From contig NC_042997.1 in the NCBI RefSeq assembly GCF_006345805.1, positions 161,386,001 through 161,450,000 of the forward strand: a DNA stretch of 64,000 nucleotides, read 5' to 3'. Each line of letters starts with the position of its first letter. The stretch's first letter is position 1. Of this stretch, positions 39,508 through 53,122 are shown piece by piece. The position numbers and the translations under genes are program-made. The notes beneath the pieces are model-generated. The model made no database searches. It was not told the DNA's origin and worked only from the letters and a program-made list of their open reading frames with translations. Source of the DNA: Octopus sinensis (lineage: Eukaryota).

Positions 39508-40224
39508 ATGATGAATTTTTCTGCTCAGTGAGTGCAATATCTTCTGACATCTGACCAAAAGCACACCAGGCTGATCACATCATGGAAAAATCTGACATTG
39601 TTTGAGGCAGATCCTGCTGGTTTCCTTGAATGTTTCCTAACCCAGGATAAGTGTTGGCTTCATCAATTTGAGCCAAATACAAAGAGACAATCCATGCAGT
39701 GGAAACACCCCTCCTCACCTGCTCCAAAGAAAGCCAAGGGTCATTTCATCAGCAGAGAAGGTGTTGACTTTGGCTTTTGGGGATGCAAAAGGCATTGTGT
39801 TTATTGGCTATCAAAGAAGAGTACTATGTCCACTTGCTGAGGCAGTTATAGGAGACTTTCAGATCAAATACCCAGGAAAACTGACAAAATGCTAATCAGG
39901 ACAATGCTGCAACACACAAGTCCTTAGTTTCAATGGCTACTGTGTGTGACTATGGCTTTGAACTGGTTGATCAGCCTCCCTATTCTCCTAATTTAGCCCC
40001 ATCTGACTATAGTTTGTTCCTCAATATGAATAAACACTTGGCTAGGAAGCAGTATCCCAATGATGATAACGTTATATCTCCAGGTGATGATTTTTTTTTG
40101 ATGAACAGAATGAAAGCTTCTTCGCCAATGATCTCCAAGCACTGCAACACCGATGGAAGAAGTATGTAGACCACAAGGGGGACTATGCAGAAAAATAAAC
40201 TCTACTTGGTCATATTTCATGAGA

Positions 40225-40594
40225 GGCGCAGAAGCGGCTGTGTGGTAGGTAGCTTGCTTACCAACCACATGGTCCCAGGTTCAGTACCACTGCATGGCAC
40301 CTTGGCAAGTGTCTTCTACTATAGCTTTGGGCTGACCAAAGCCTTGTGAGTGGATTTGGTAGATGGAAACTGGAAGAATCCCATCATATATGTGTGTGTG
40401 TCTGTTTGTCCCACCCAACATCACTTGACAACCGATGTTGGTGTGTTTACATCCCCGTAACTTAGCGGTTCGGTAAAAGAGACCGATAGAATAAGTACAA
40501 GGCTTACAAAGAATAAGTCCTGGGGTCGATTTGCTCAACTAAAGGTGGTGCTCCAGCATGGCAGCGGTCAAATAAATGAAACAGGTAAAAGAGT
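40225..40594 (+). mobile_element. SINE family A, nested near the right TIR of mariner family 2
   Basis: GGCGCAGAAGCGGCTGTGTGG...GGTTCAGTACC head; homologous to the other copies. Confidence 0.88.
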
Positions 40595-41015
40595 ATCTTG
40601 ATCAACCTAGGAACTTTTCAATCAGCCCTCATAGCTTCTGTTGCAATCTTGTTTTACTTGACTTTATTGATTGGCTTCTGCCTCCTCTTTCACCCTTTCC
40701 CAACAACTTGTAGTACAACCAAGCATTGTATATAATAAATTCATTACATATTATATATATCAAATTTATTCTAAATTTCACTTATATAGTACTAGTGAGT
40801 CCAAAGTCTATGATAGAAGACACTCGCTCAGAGTAACACAATACCATCCCTGTACCCATGTTATCATTTTATTTTAAACTATCTCTAATAAGTAAACTAC
40901 AGCTATCAAATATTATTGTTTATTTATAATCATTTTGCAATTTCTTATAAATCCATTTTTGTAATTTAAAATATACCTTGATATTGGTTAGTGCACATTA
41001 TTCCATAAGGAGCTT

Positions 41016-41232
41016 AGGGCTAGTTTCTTGTTTTTTTTCTGCCATATATATTTCTCGCTGGATGGGATGCCAGTCCATCACAGAATTACTCATTTTTACC
41101 AGCTGAGTGGACTGGAGCAGCATGAAATGAAGGGTTTTGCTCAAGAACACGACACATTGCTTAGTCCAGGTATCAAAATCACAATCTCATGATCTGGTGT
41201 CCAACACCCTAACCACTAAGCCACACATCTTC
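41016..41232 (-). mobile_element. SINE related to family D
   Basis: Reverse complement shares TGTGTTCTTGAGCAA...TCCACTCAGCTGG.AAAAATGAGTA with the 55786 copy. Confidence 0.7.
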
Positions 41233-42281
41233 ACTTAACTTGATATTTCATTGAATGTATCTTAGAATAGGAATGTATGTATCTTTAGAATAGGAACAGC
41301 TCATAAGAAGCAGCTAAAAGGGTGAATGAGAGAAATGGCATTCTAGTGTGAAGCACTGCCATAGAACAACCATCCAATCCATATCAGTATGGAAAAGCCA
41401 GTGTAAAACATAAACAATGAATGAATTAGATATATTTAGATCTCATTGCTACTGTGGTTTATCTCTGAGCCAGCCCTGACTGAGCAGATCTATGACCAAA
41501 ATCATACAGGTCATGACCATGCTCTCATTTTTGTATATATAAAACCAGTGTTGAATGTCATTCTTTTTTCAAGACAATAAGAAGTGTGTCATTTCATGGA
41601 CATTTGCTACTATTTCTAGCAGATTGGACGAATAGATAGTGGCTCCAGCCTGCATTTAGGTATCTAAATATAACTGTTTGTTTATGTTTGTAAACACATG
41701 CATGTATAGATATATAGGTGTGTGTTTAGGTGTATGTGTATGTGTATGTATGCATGAGTGTGTTCATGTAATGTGTATGCATATGTATATCAGTGTGTCT
41801 GTGTGTGTGTGTGTTTGAATGTATGTGTTTGTATGCTTGTGTCTAATTATTGGGCAGCCTGCCTTCAGTATTGTGAGTATAATCTACTTCCTAATACTGT
41901 ATTGCATTTGAAAGAAACACAACTCAACATGAATCACTTCACCTAACATTTCAAAATAAGTACAAGATCTTCCGGAAACATTCTTAAATTTCATGTCTGC
42001 CCGAAGATAGCAGAAAAGTATTATGTAGTTAACCTTTGTTGAAAAAGACAGTGGAATACAAGGTGAAATTGAAGATAGAGGTGATTAGATCATTTTGATT
42101 TAAAATACTTCATTTATTTTCAATACACAAACTGTCAAATGTAATTTCTATGGTCACAATTACTTTATATTTGTGGTAAGTGCTTTGTCAGTTGATTGTT
42201 GATTGTTATAAGAGTCTGTCTAAATGCTGCACTCACATTTTGATTTATGTTTGAATAATATATACATAAATGCATACATAC

Positions 42282-42312
<31 letters not shown>

Positions 42313-42331
42313 TATACATATATATGCACAC

Positions 42332-42372
<41 letters not shown>

Positions 42373-42376
<4 letters not shown>

Positions 42377-42663
42377 CCGTTTCGTGTCCGTTGCCAGCCT
42401 CGCCTGGCCCTCGTGCGGTGGCACATAAAAAGCACCATCCGTTCGTGGCCGTTTGCCAGCTCTGTCTGGCACCAGTGCGGGTGGCACGTAAAAAGCACCC
42501 ACTACACTCACGGAGTGGTTGGCGTTAGGAAGGGCATCCAGCCGTAGAAACACTGCCAGATTTGACTGGGCCTGATGAAGCCTTCTGGCTTCACAGACCC
42601 CAGTAGAACCGTCCAACCCATGCTAGCATGGAAAACGGACGCTAAATGATGATGATGATGATG
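42373..42663 (+). mobile_element. Retroposon 3' end with (GAT)n tail, family B, young CpG-rich copy
   Basis: AAAAGCACCCACTACACTC..GGAGTGGTTGGCGTTAGGAAGGGCATCCAGCCGTAGAAAC...CCCATGCTAGCATGGAAA + (GAT)n; homologues near 490, 21105, 27170, 31820, 34128 and, reversed, 24630 and 43990. Confidence 0.8.
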
Positions 42664-42776
42664 ATATATACATACATATATATATATACATATATACATA
42701 TATATATACATATGTATAAGTATGTATATGTAAATATATATCTTTCTATATATATACAAATATATATGTGTGTTTG

Positions 42777-42846
<70 letters not shown>

Positions 42847-43050
42847 GTACATACATATATATGTTATATGCAAACATACAAAATCAAAATGTGCTATATA
42901 CATATGTGCATATGAGTGTGTATTTGTGTGTATGCACATAGATACACATGATTATATTATATGTATGTATATATGTGTATGAGTGTGCTCATTACTGAAA
43001 GTAGATTATTCTGTTACATACATACATGAATGCATACATGCATACATACA

Positions 43051-43083
<33 letters not shown>

Positions 43084-43090
43084 GCATATC

Positions 43091-43968
43091 TTAAAGCTGA
43101 CTTTTTTGTATTCCATGACCTCAAGTTTCACATTTATGATCTTCAGACAAACATAAAATGTGGTGCCAAAATGTGGTGCCAAAATGTGGTGCCAAAAATC
43201 TGTTATTTGAAATATATGGGAAAAATTAAGACACTGGTGTACATTTTAATGGGATGCTAGGGAATAAGTGGAAGCAAAGAAATTGCAAAAGATGGCAACA
43301 TGAAAAAAAGAATCTAAATACATGAAACAGTTTAGATTATAAGAATAAATAATGAGAAGCACACACATGAATGCATGCACGTCATATACACACACCTCAT
43401 TATAATGATTGAAAATATTACACACACATATATCTATGCTTTATAAATATGTGTGCATGTATGTTTCTTGTTACGTTATATTTTACCTTCCAAACCATTC
43501 TTCTGTATATATATATATGTATGTGAGTGTGAGTGCGAATACTTGTGTCTTCTTGGCTGGATATAGCATGTTATAACAAGCAGTACTATTCTGCAAAGCA
43601 CGTCGGTCCATTGGTGAAATAGTAATTTGCTTGGAAATTTGAACTATTTGAACTTAAGTCCAAGTACATTTCACTTCTAATCCTTTGCAGGATCAATTAA
43701 AAATAAATACCAAGTATGTGCTTATGCCTGTTAACTTGGTAGTCTTGACCTTTTAGAATTTAAATACACCATATTCAACCATTCTTTCCTTATGCCACTT
43801 TTAGCGATTTTCCGTTATCAGTTTTACTTCAGTAGCCAATCAAAAGCCATCCTAGTGCCCTAGTTTTCCCATATTTTTGAGTAACAGATTTCTTGCACCA
43901 CATTTATGTTTTGTCAAGAACCAAAAATGTGAACTTTTAAGGTACAAAATACAAAAGCTCAGCATTAA
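43091..43968. mobile_element. TTAA-flanked non-autonomous element with long degenerate TIRs (about 130 bp; Kolobok-like)
   Basis: TTAAAGCTGACTTTTTTGTATT...ATGTGGTGC..ATCTGTTA..ATATGGGAAAA mirrored by TTTTCCCATAT..TAACAGAT..GCACCACAT...AATACAAAAGCTCAGCATTAA. Confidence 0.6.
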
Positions 43969-44218
43969 TATATAATATATACACTTTTCAATGCTTGCAC
44001 GGGTTGGACAAAGATCATTGAGACAGATTTTTTAAGGCAGATTTTCAACCACTGGATGCCCTTCCTGTCATTAACCCTCATCTATTTCCAAGCAAATTAC
44101 TATTTCACCAATGGACCGACGTGCTTTGCAGAATAGTACTGCTTGTTATAACATGCTATATCCAGCCAAGAAGACACAAGTATTCGCACTCACACTCACA
44201 TACATATATATATATACA
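43504..44218. repeat. Perfect 135-bp inverted repeat (43504..43638 / 44084..44218)
   Basis: Base-by-base reverse-complement match by eye. Confidence 0.92.
43642..43780 (+). repeat. Perfect 139-bp direct copy of 47321..47459
   Basis: AACTATTTGAACTTAAGTCC...CACCATATTCAACC is identical at both sites. Confidence 0.92.
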
Positions 44219-44219
44219 T

Positions 44220-44332
44220 ACATATATATACAAACACAGATACACAAACGCACACACACACACACACACACATACATGCATACATACATACATACATACA
44301 TACATACATACATACATACATACATACATACA

Positions 44333-44363
<31 letters not shown>

Positions 44364-44380
44364 GTATGCATGTATGTATG
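44220..44380. repeat. (CA)n/(CATA)n compound microsatellite, representative of many TA/CA/CT/CAT tracts in the introns
   Basis: Direct observation. Confidence 0.9.
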
Positions 44381-44904
44381 ATTATAATTAGGGCTCAGCA
44401 AAATTTGCTTCACTACATACCGAAATTTAGAAATAGCAGTTAAAATACTATTCTACTACCAATCAGAGTGAATTCTTTTTTTTTTTTTTTCTTCACCTGT
44501 GTGAGTTGTTGAGTATTGCTGTCTGGGAGATATCTTATGGTAGTAGAATATCTATGTATGTATAGATGTATGTACAAATGTATGTATAGATGTATGTACA
44601 AATGTATGTATAGATGTATGTACATAAATACATGTACACCATACATACACACAGACACACATACACTATTATATCTAGACATATGTCATCTGTATGCTTT
44701 TGTGTAATTTCTGTGCTTTGCCTATTTGCAGTGTTTGTGCATAAGCATGCATAAGTGTGTGTGTGTGTGTGTGTGTGTGTGCGGCTATGTATACATTTAG
44801 TTGTTTGTCTATGTATATGAGTAGAAAAAAAATCATCAAAAATATAATTAATTGCATTGAATATTTTTAAAACTGAAAATTAAATATTTATAACTTTTAC
44901 TTAC

Positions 44905-45207
44905 ACTGAGTGTTTCTAATTAAAGTTGCTGTCATAGTAGGCTCAGTTTCGCCAAATTCATTTTCAGCTTTAACACGGAAAGCATAACTTTGTTGAGGGT
45001 GGATATCTCTGACATGAAATTTATTTTCAGTTAAATCCGTTATGAGAGGATGCCAAGCTTTTGCCCATTGCTCTTTCACTTCAACTGTGTATTTTATCGG
45101 AGATAATTTTCCATAAGCTGGAGTTCTAGCACTAAACCATCGAAGTGTCAAAGAATTCTCGGTTACATCCTGAATCAAAGGCCGATCCAATGGAAGACGA
45201 GGTGGAA
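44905..45207 (-). CDS. FN3 exon (PPRLPLDRPLIQDVTENSLTLRWF...YAFRVKAENEFGETEPTMTATLIRNTQ)
   Basis: ttcttcag/gtaagt, 303 nt, phase 1-1; FN3 consensus. Confidence 0.92.
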
Positions 45208-46227
45208 CTGAAGAAAAAAGTAATTCAATACCTTTTACTTTAAAACATTCAGTTTCTTACCAGTACATCAGCAGTCAAATACAATTTTTTAATGGTCCCA
45301 AGTGTTTATTTTTTTAATTTGTGAAATATGCTTTGTCAAGTTGTTTATCATAACAGTAGTGCTTGTGTATTTAATTTAATATTCTTTGTGAACATTTGGA
45401 AAAGCCAAGTATATTTGTTTTGTTAACTCCAATGAAAACTTGTGAGATTATATACCAGCTATATGAATCCCTGAGTAGAGAACTTATCCAACAGCAAACA
45501 GGTAAGAACTGAGAGACAACTCAATGGAGGAGCACCTACCAAACTGGAATCTTACATGTATGTAGTGGGCTTACAGTGCTAAGAATACTTTCTCTCATGA
45601 GAATAGTGTAGAATATACACATGGAGGTAGCAAGCTTATTATATGCTAAGAATACTTCCTCTCACACGAGAATTGTATACAATATTCATAGTACACTAAA
45701 GTTAAAGGAAGAGAAAACTTAACAAGAATTAGTTAAGAGTTATTTCACTAGGGAAAAAAAAATCTGAATTGGAATTCTTTCAAATTTTTTGTTGCCAATA
45801 TTTGCTACAACTGTGCATTCTCAGAGAAAGAAATAGAGATATACATACATAAATTGTTAGAGTTAGTGTTTTTATGACTAGATTCTCTTGCTTGTATCAA
45901 CCACTCAACAGTTAATCCACTTAACTGTTATCAAAAACTTTTTTGGTTACAATGAGGTTGTGACTGTTCTAATACCAATTGTTGCTATTTTAATTTTACC
46001 TGCTGAATCCATCAGAAAAAAGCATGAGCATCAGAGTTCCCATTTCCCTAAGAACCTTAAAAGCTTTCTATTTCAAGAAAATGTTACTTGTATGTAACCA
46101 GCCTGAATTATATACAGTTTTTGCTGTCGTTTAACCCAGCTGTGACCTGATCGGGTAATAAGACCTAGACTAGACTAAAACAAGTAAATGATGCTTCAAC
46201 CTTGACATTCCATCTTTTATTTGACAC

Positions 46228-46278
<51 letters not shown>

Positions 46279-46289
46279 ATGTGTGTATA

Positions 46290-46620
46290 AAAGGTTAAAG
46301 ACACCCTTCAGTCATGGATGACCATAAGATTGCTCCCAGAAAGTTCCCCTCAAAGGCACAAATCCAAGCAGGGTTGTTTATATAAGACTAGCAGTTGCCC
46401 ATGCATTCCAGCCTCCCCTCTACATGCCACTGATGTTATCCAAGGGAAAGGCTGATACAGCTTGGCACCAGTGACATCGCACCTCATTTCTGCAACTGAG
46501 CAGACTGGAGCAATGAGAAATAAAATGTCTGGCTCAAGAATACAACACACAGCCAGGTCCAGGATTCAAACTCACAACTTCATGATGTTCAGCCTGATAC
46601 TCTAACCACTGACCCATGAC
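46290..46620 (-). mobile_element. tRNA-derived SINE with a family D-like head
   Basis: Reverse-strand CAGTGGTTAGAG...GAGTTTGAATCCTGG...TGTGTTGTATTCTTGAGC head. Confidence 0.65.
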
Positions 46621-47113
46621 TAGTGAATATGATTTGAGATTTGGCTGCTGTTTCTAACAGGTGGAGTAACAACATAAAGGCCTCCTCACTGGCCAAAGTT
46701 ACATCAAGTTAAGCTTACAGAACAGATAATCTAATCAATAGCTACAGACATAAAAAAATAAGTGATCATCGTTTCTGCTGGCTCACCACCTTAGTAATTG
46801 AATAATAATGAAGCAAAGTTTGTCTCTTAAGTTGACAGACACTTCTCATAAGCAGACTTTTTAAATAATTGTTTATAAATGTTTCAATATTCAGTAGTAG
46901 AAGAAAATTGCTTGATGCCAGAGTAATATTTTGTTAAAGCAATGTCATTTTGAAGAAAAATTCTTCCTGGAAAATAAATGCACATATCAATATCACTTTT
47001 TAATCTTTTAATCCTCGAAATTCAGTTTAAAGATTTTAATATAAGTAACATCAAATTATTTATTATTATACTTGTTGATTGAAAATAAGATAAGGGAAAT
47101 TTTTTTTCATTAC

Positions 47114-47197
47114 CTTTCTCACCATCAAAATTTATCCAATCTATCTCTTCTTCACCATTTTCGTTTGTCTCTGGGTGATCATAATCCTCAGAGAGCC
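47114..47197 (-). CDS. Linker exon (LSEDYDHPETNENGEEEIDWINFDGEK)
   Basis: tctttgtag/gtaatg, 84 nt, phase 1-1, open; not in the ORF track. Confidence 0.75.
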
Positions 47198-47427
47198 CTA
47201 CAAAGAATGTGTTAGAAAAGATGTCACATTTGAACTTAATAATACTGGATCAAAATGAAATTCAGGTATAAAGCAAAAATAATGAAATATCAAACAGAAA
47301 TCATTAAGTTTCATTGTTTCAACTATTTGAACTTAAGTCCAAGTACATTTCACTTCTAATCCTTTGCAGGATCAATTAAAAATAAATACCAAGTATGTGC
47401 TTATGCCTGTTAACTTGGTAGTCTTGA

Positions 47428-47645
47428 CCTTTTAGAATTTAAATACACCATATTCAACCTAAATATTCTATTTGCTTTATGTCCAGACTAACCAGATCTG
47501 GCTTCACACACCTACCCTACAATGTTATTCTAAAGATATACAATAATATCATTGAACTCTTGAAGCTTCAAGATAATGCATGATTAATTCAAAACAATGT
47601 AAATAATAAGAGTAACATTTGATGAGAAATATGAATGCTAAAGAG
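47428..47645. mobile_element. Degenerate piggyBac-type MITE
   Basis: TTGA|CCTTTTAGAATT...GAATGCTAAAGAG|TTAA imperfect TIRs. Confidence 0.55.
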
Positions 47646-49734
47646 TTAATTCCTCTCCTAATTTAACACCTCTGTCTTGTCTTTGCTTGCTTGTAGCACA
47701 ATTCATTCTTTTATTAACATTTATACCAGGTCATCATTTTTTGCCACTTGTTTTCAAAACCATCCTTACAGCCTTGATAATAAGGGCATGACAAAAACCC
47801 TTTCTCATCTGACTGAACCACAAAAATCAAAAATGCAATATATTTGACTTAGGATATAAGAAATTAGCATTGCATCAGAATAACTATATCATAACTATAA
47901 GGCAAGTTTCCTCAATCTTTTAGTCCCAAATGATATTGAGTTATAGCTATTATTATTCTGAAACATTGCATATTAATTTGAAGCTGTTGTCATAATTTAA
48001 CTTTAATGTATAATTTCATATTGCATTTCTTCCTGAGACACAGCACCAATATTTTTATGATAACAGCCAATTGAAACCAATATATTATAAAGAAAAGTGT
48101 CAGGCCATCACTAAGTGGGGAACATGTATACTATGTTCTCTATATATACTATGTTCTCTGTTGATATAATTGGTTTTGTTCCTTATTCTTTGTTACTGCT
48201 ACTTTTGATTTATTTGCTTTGAACAACAGTTTTTAGATGGTTGGTGTAGGTGGGAAATGATATATTGACACATCACAGTTGTCAGTGAGCAACTGTAAAA
48301 TGTCAGCATAAGAGGCTGTGTGCATGTTTTATGAAGTTTTGAGAAGGTAGCATAAGAGTTTAAAAAAAAGAGTAGCTATGAGAACAGAAATGCACCAAAA
48401 AGAGAATTATAATTGTTGTTGTCAGTTAGCTATTGATCTAGTAGACCTATGACAGAAGTGATTCCACTGTGACCAGTGCCCATCTCTTTTATATATCAAG
48501 GACTATGACCTTTTGTTCTTTTAACAATTTTTTTATCTTACAACAGGAAGATGTGGTGTGAAAAAGATCAGGCTGCCATTTCTAGCAAATTAAGCAACTG
48601 CTAAGAGGCTCACTGTTCTCGTTGTTGCTGTTTAGGCACTTATCAGCTCTGATCAAGTAAACTTCCTGCTTTTTTTAGTTTTTTTTAGATAGAATGTATT
48701 TAGGATCACAACATTCAGTATGTCCTATTTTAAGATGGTAGGGTGATGTTTCTTGCAGGCTGAGAAGGAATAAAGGTTCCCTGTTGTCAACAGAGGTAAC
48801 AGCTCTGTAAATGTAGCTCATAGTTTATTACACTATCATTATCACTCCTCCAGAACCAATTATGTAGTCTAACTAAAAGACACAATGATGTTTCCTCAAA
48901 GTTTTATACTTAATGTGTGAAAAATCTTGTACAATTTTTTTCGTGTAATTAATATGTATACATTGAATACTTACTTATGCATTGAATACTTATATTTTAA
49001 AATAATTTTAACATTGCCTATGTATCATGGTCAATAAAATTACTATGTTGGTATGAATCAGATTCTCAGAAGATCGATCACCAACATCAACAAAAGCCTT
49101 GTATTTGCACATAAATTGACTTCAAAGGAAGTATATTAAAGATATTTGCAAGCATTCTACTAAAGTAATTTCATCAAAAGTATTCTAGCTTTATAGATAT
49201 TAAGGAACTTTATCAAAAGAAAGCTTACTGAAAATTTATAAACATTTACTAAGACAAAGATTTCATAAGCTCCAAAAGTTTTCCTTTGATAAAATTCTTT
49301 AAAATATTTTAATATACTTCCTTTAAAAAATTTTTATGCATGAATAATAGATTTACTATTGAGTGAGGCTATTATGAGGTGGCTTTGTTCCTATTGCTAT
49401 ATAATCCAAGTCTGATTGCATTCTATTATTCAAAGCATTTACTTGAGATTATATTCTATACAATGAATTACTCTCTTTAATTTTTTTGTTCTATTAAATA
49501 AAGAAATCAATGAGTATCATTGTTACATTGTACAATGTCACAATAACATTCATAAATTCATATATATCATTAAATTTGCTAGAGATAATTAAATCAAAAC
49601 GTTTTCAATTACAAAGCTAGTTGCCAAGCTATTGAGATATTTGATGCGTAAATCTTGACATATAGCACAGTTTACGAAGGTTTGCAAAATATATCAGGCA
49701 AAACTTCACAAAATAACATATTTAATTAACTCAA

Positions 49735-51330
49735 TTAATTTTTCTCTCTTCTTTCTTTGATATTTACCCATTTTTTTTTGTAAACACTGTCAAGATTAAT
49801 TGAACTCCCATCCAAGTAACTCCTGATTCTCATTAACATATCCAAAGAACGTTCACCTAAACAATTTCTCAGCTTGTTTCTGAGTTGATTTATCAGATTA
49901 AAATCACAGTTTGCCAAGCTGCACTAAATGTATGAAAGATTCTCTCAATGTTCATCAACTTTGCAAGCTCACAAAATGGTTCATTTTTATGTACAAAGAC
50001 CACAATAGGAGCAAAGTTTGGAATCAATTTGGATTTAAGTAGTTCTTGCATGGAAAAGTTTTAATTTTTGAAATTATTTAACTGTTTATCACAAAATTTT
50101 CAGCTAGAAAACAATATTCTATGCATAAGGTATATATGCTTGTTCACTGCAAAATGTGAAGTTTCAATCTGTGGTTCAAGAGAAATAAAAAGCTGACCCT
50201 TCTTATAAGTCATCTTCTGTAAATCTTTCCTCTAAAGGAATGGAAAAATCATATATAAAAATCGATACGCTTATCTCTTCTGTTACATTTTCTTCATATT
50301 GTCAGCTTAGCAAAGTATCAAGTTACTGTTTTTTTATTTTATTTCAAGCAAAATAAAGTAAATAAACCACTGACAAGTCACTCTTTTGCCAAATTTTGCA
50401 CAGTGTAGCCAGTTCTTCAATGACATCACTTAAAAACACAAAAAGCTACTTTGTATGAGATGCTTATCAATTTAACCAGGTTTTAGTTGACCTATCTTCT
50501 TCAAGGTATGTGAATAGGGATTTAGTGTTCTGCACTTTTACTGTTGTTAACAATGCAAAGTGTCCAGAAAGCCACATGATTTCAGTAAGTGGTTTCTTTT
50601 CAATAACCTCTGCAATTTTTTTTAATATACATCTTCTAATTGTAGGTTTAAAAAATAAACATCATATAGATACTTCTCATCAATATTTCAATATTTTTTA
50701 TAAGCTTCTTTCTAAGCATCACAAATCCTCAGATATTCATGGTATTTCTGAATAAAATGCAAAATCTCTTGTTTTTCTGTCTTGCTTCATCACTCACCCT
50801 AACCTGACATTCCACCACATAAACTTCACCATTTTATGGAATACAAATTTCTTTACTTCAGGAAATTGTTTGATACCAGAAACAATAGAAGGTTCACACA
50901 CATGCAGGTAACCTATTCCTCAAAAAGAAAATGTTTTATCTGCAGAAAAATCTTTAAATTTGAATCTGAAATACAAGATGAGGCATTTTTTAGCAGTCAT
51001 GTTTATGCCTTTATTAACTCTTATAAAAGAGTTTAGGTGATTATTGGTTTGAAGACCAGAGGCCAAGCAGGACTTGTGAATATCTGAGGGGAACCCTTTC
51101 TAAAACAAGCAAAAAAATGAGGAATCATTCGAATCTTGAGAAGACAATCTTTTGGGGCCCCAAAAGCAATTATGTTTCACCTTAGAAAATTTCTCTTGGA
51201 GACTCTGGCTTTCATGAACTGCTAATGCAAAAAACTGTTGATGCTATTTCTTCAAACATGTCTTGCTGAAAAATACAGCTGATAGACTCCAGAAATGAAA
51301 ACACAATTTCTGCTTCTCCAGCTGCCTGAA
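49735..51330 (-). mobile_element. Decayed hAT-superfamily transposase remnant
   Basis: C-terminal FNLINQLRNKLRNCLGERSLDMLMRI resembles the hAT dimerisation domain; upstream sequence is broken; boundaries approximate. Confidence 0.6.
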
Positions 51331-52233
51331 ATAAATATTGCTATATATCTGTTAATGTATTGAACTGAGTTTTCATTTTAATAACTATAAAACCACTGTT
51401 GATAAGAACTTTGATCCTCTCAGGGTTTGATCATTTTGATCTAGCTCAAGTACAAATATAAGGTTAAGTTTTCAGACATATAGATATTCATGTATGGGTG
51501 TGTATATGTATATTTATGTGAAGTGCCATAAAATATAGCTTCCAACCTTGTATTTGTACAATGTAAATTTTAAGAATCATCACAATAACCTTTACTTTAT
51601 AAGACCAATATTGCCTTCAAATAAATTCATTATAAATTTATTAATCAATACAAAAGTCTTACAATATCATATGCCACTTTAGTGGAACCCAATGAACAGA
51701 ATGCAATAAATCGCACCTAAATTATTTTCTACTTTTTCCCAGTTCAATGAACTAAGTATCCAAAAGTCAAGTATGTCATATGAATTCACTGAGACCATAA
51801 ATGTTCCTTAATAGAATTTTGAAATTCTTTGAAAATCATCCCTTTTTTTCTCTTTTCTCCATTTTCTTCAGCATTTTCTTCTCACTACTCTTTTCTCTTT
51901 CATTGTTTCCACTCTTTGTTACTTAACTGAATGTCTAACTAACAGCTACAGCCAAGTTTGCTTTTAGAGTCACCTGATTGGAACAGATCGATAGACAGGT
52001 ATGTAAACTAGCTTCAGAAATGGCAATGACTTACATAGACTTGCCTTGAATAAATTATATATAGGAGTCTGTAGGTTTGCATTTCTTCTATATGTGTGTA
52101 CATACACTCAGTCACAAACATGTGTATGTAGATTGATATATGCACACACAAGCACATACACACACATGGTGAACTGCAGATTACTAGCTCCATCAAATGT
52201 TAATTGGAACACACAAAGATTTTGTTACTTTTC

Positions 52234-52297
<64 letters not shown>

Positions 52298-52807
52298 AGT
52301 GGCATTCTGATAAAATATTTGAGAAAAGTTATGTTAATATATCTTGTTTGTTGAAAATCCATATTTCTTGCAACTGAAGATAGTACTGTACTTAAATTTA
52401 TGTAATGCTTGCATTGTTCAATTAAATGATCATATTGCATTAATACTTCACATCTTGTTACTTATTTTGATTTTATATATATATATATATTATATATACA
52501 TATACGTATTTTAATTGAAACCATGTTATTGTTTTGGAACCCTTAAATGGTTGAGGATCTTTTGTGATTTCAGTTCTAGTTGAATAAATGCTGATTTCTG
52601 TCAGCATGGAACCATGGGTTCCAGGAAGCTGGCTTTGCATTAAGAAACATTGTTTATTCACTTACCCTTTACTGAGAACTCATTGCTGCAGTTCATTACT
52701 AACATGTGTGTGTGTGTGTGTGTGTGTGCACGTGCACATGTACTTGAACATATGTGTGTTTGAATTTTGCAAACATTTAAGTAACTAAATTTCAACAGTT
52801 GACTTAC

Positions 52808-53122
52808 CATTCGTTGCTGCCCTGTGTAAAGTAACAGGCAATGAAGCATCTCCTGCTCCAAATTCATTATGACATCGTACTCGAAAAGAATAATTCTGGT
52901 CTGGCAGGAGCTGACCAACTTGATTCCTTGTAGTAAGCAAATTGGAAATAAGGGTGACCCATTCTGACGAAGGAGGCGTTTTCATTTCTATGCTGTAACT
53001 AATTGGCTTTGTCATAGCAATTTCTGTAGTTGTTGGCACTGATGCTGGTTTCCACACTAACCATGCAACATCAGAGCCATCATCTGTTAACTCAGGTGGA
53101 TCAATAGGCATTCGAGGAGTAA
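52808..53122 (-). CDS. FN3 exon, copy B (identical protein to 54008..54322; tandem duplicate or assembly artefact)
   Basis: Same splice sites and translation as copy A, offset 1200 bp. Confidence 0.6.

Larger units (their letters stand above)
38632..40631 (+). mobile_element. Mariner element, family 2 (Himar1/irritans-like), decayed, interrupted by two SINEs
   Basis: TA|CAAGGGTAAGCTGAAAAGTTCATAGGCTGA...TCAACCTAGGAACTTTTCAATCAGCCCTCA|TA imperfect TIRs; peptides DPRSG, DDRQLTINQIA, TQDKCWLHQFEP, QSMQWKH, PPYSPNLAPSDYSLF. Confidence 0.9.

Noticed and set aside
42220-44860. Many overlapping ORFs rich in YI/HT/CV/MYVC (also 27307..27712, 53321..55033, 17907..18331)
   Set aside because: They are translations of (TA)n, (CA)n and (CATA)n microsatellites with no coding signal.
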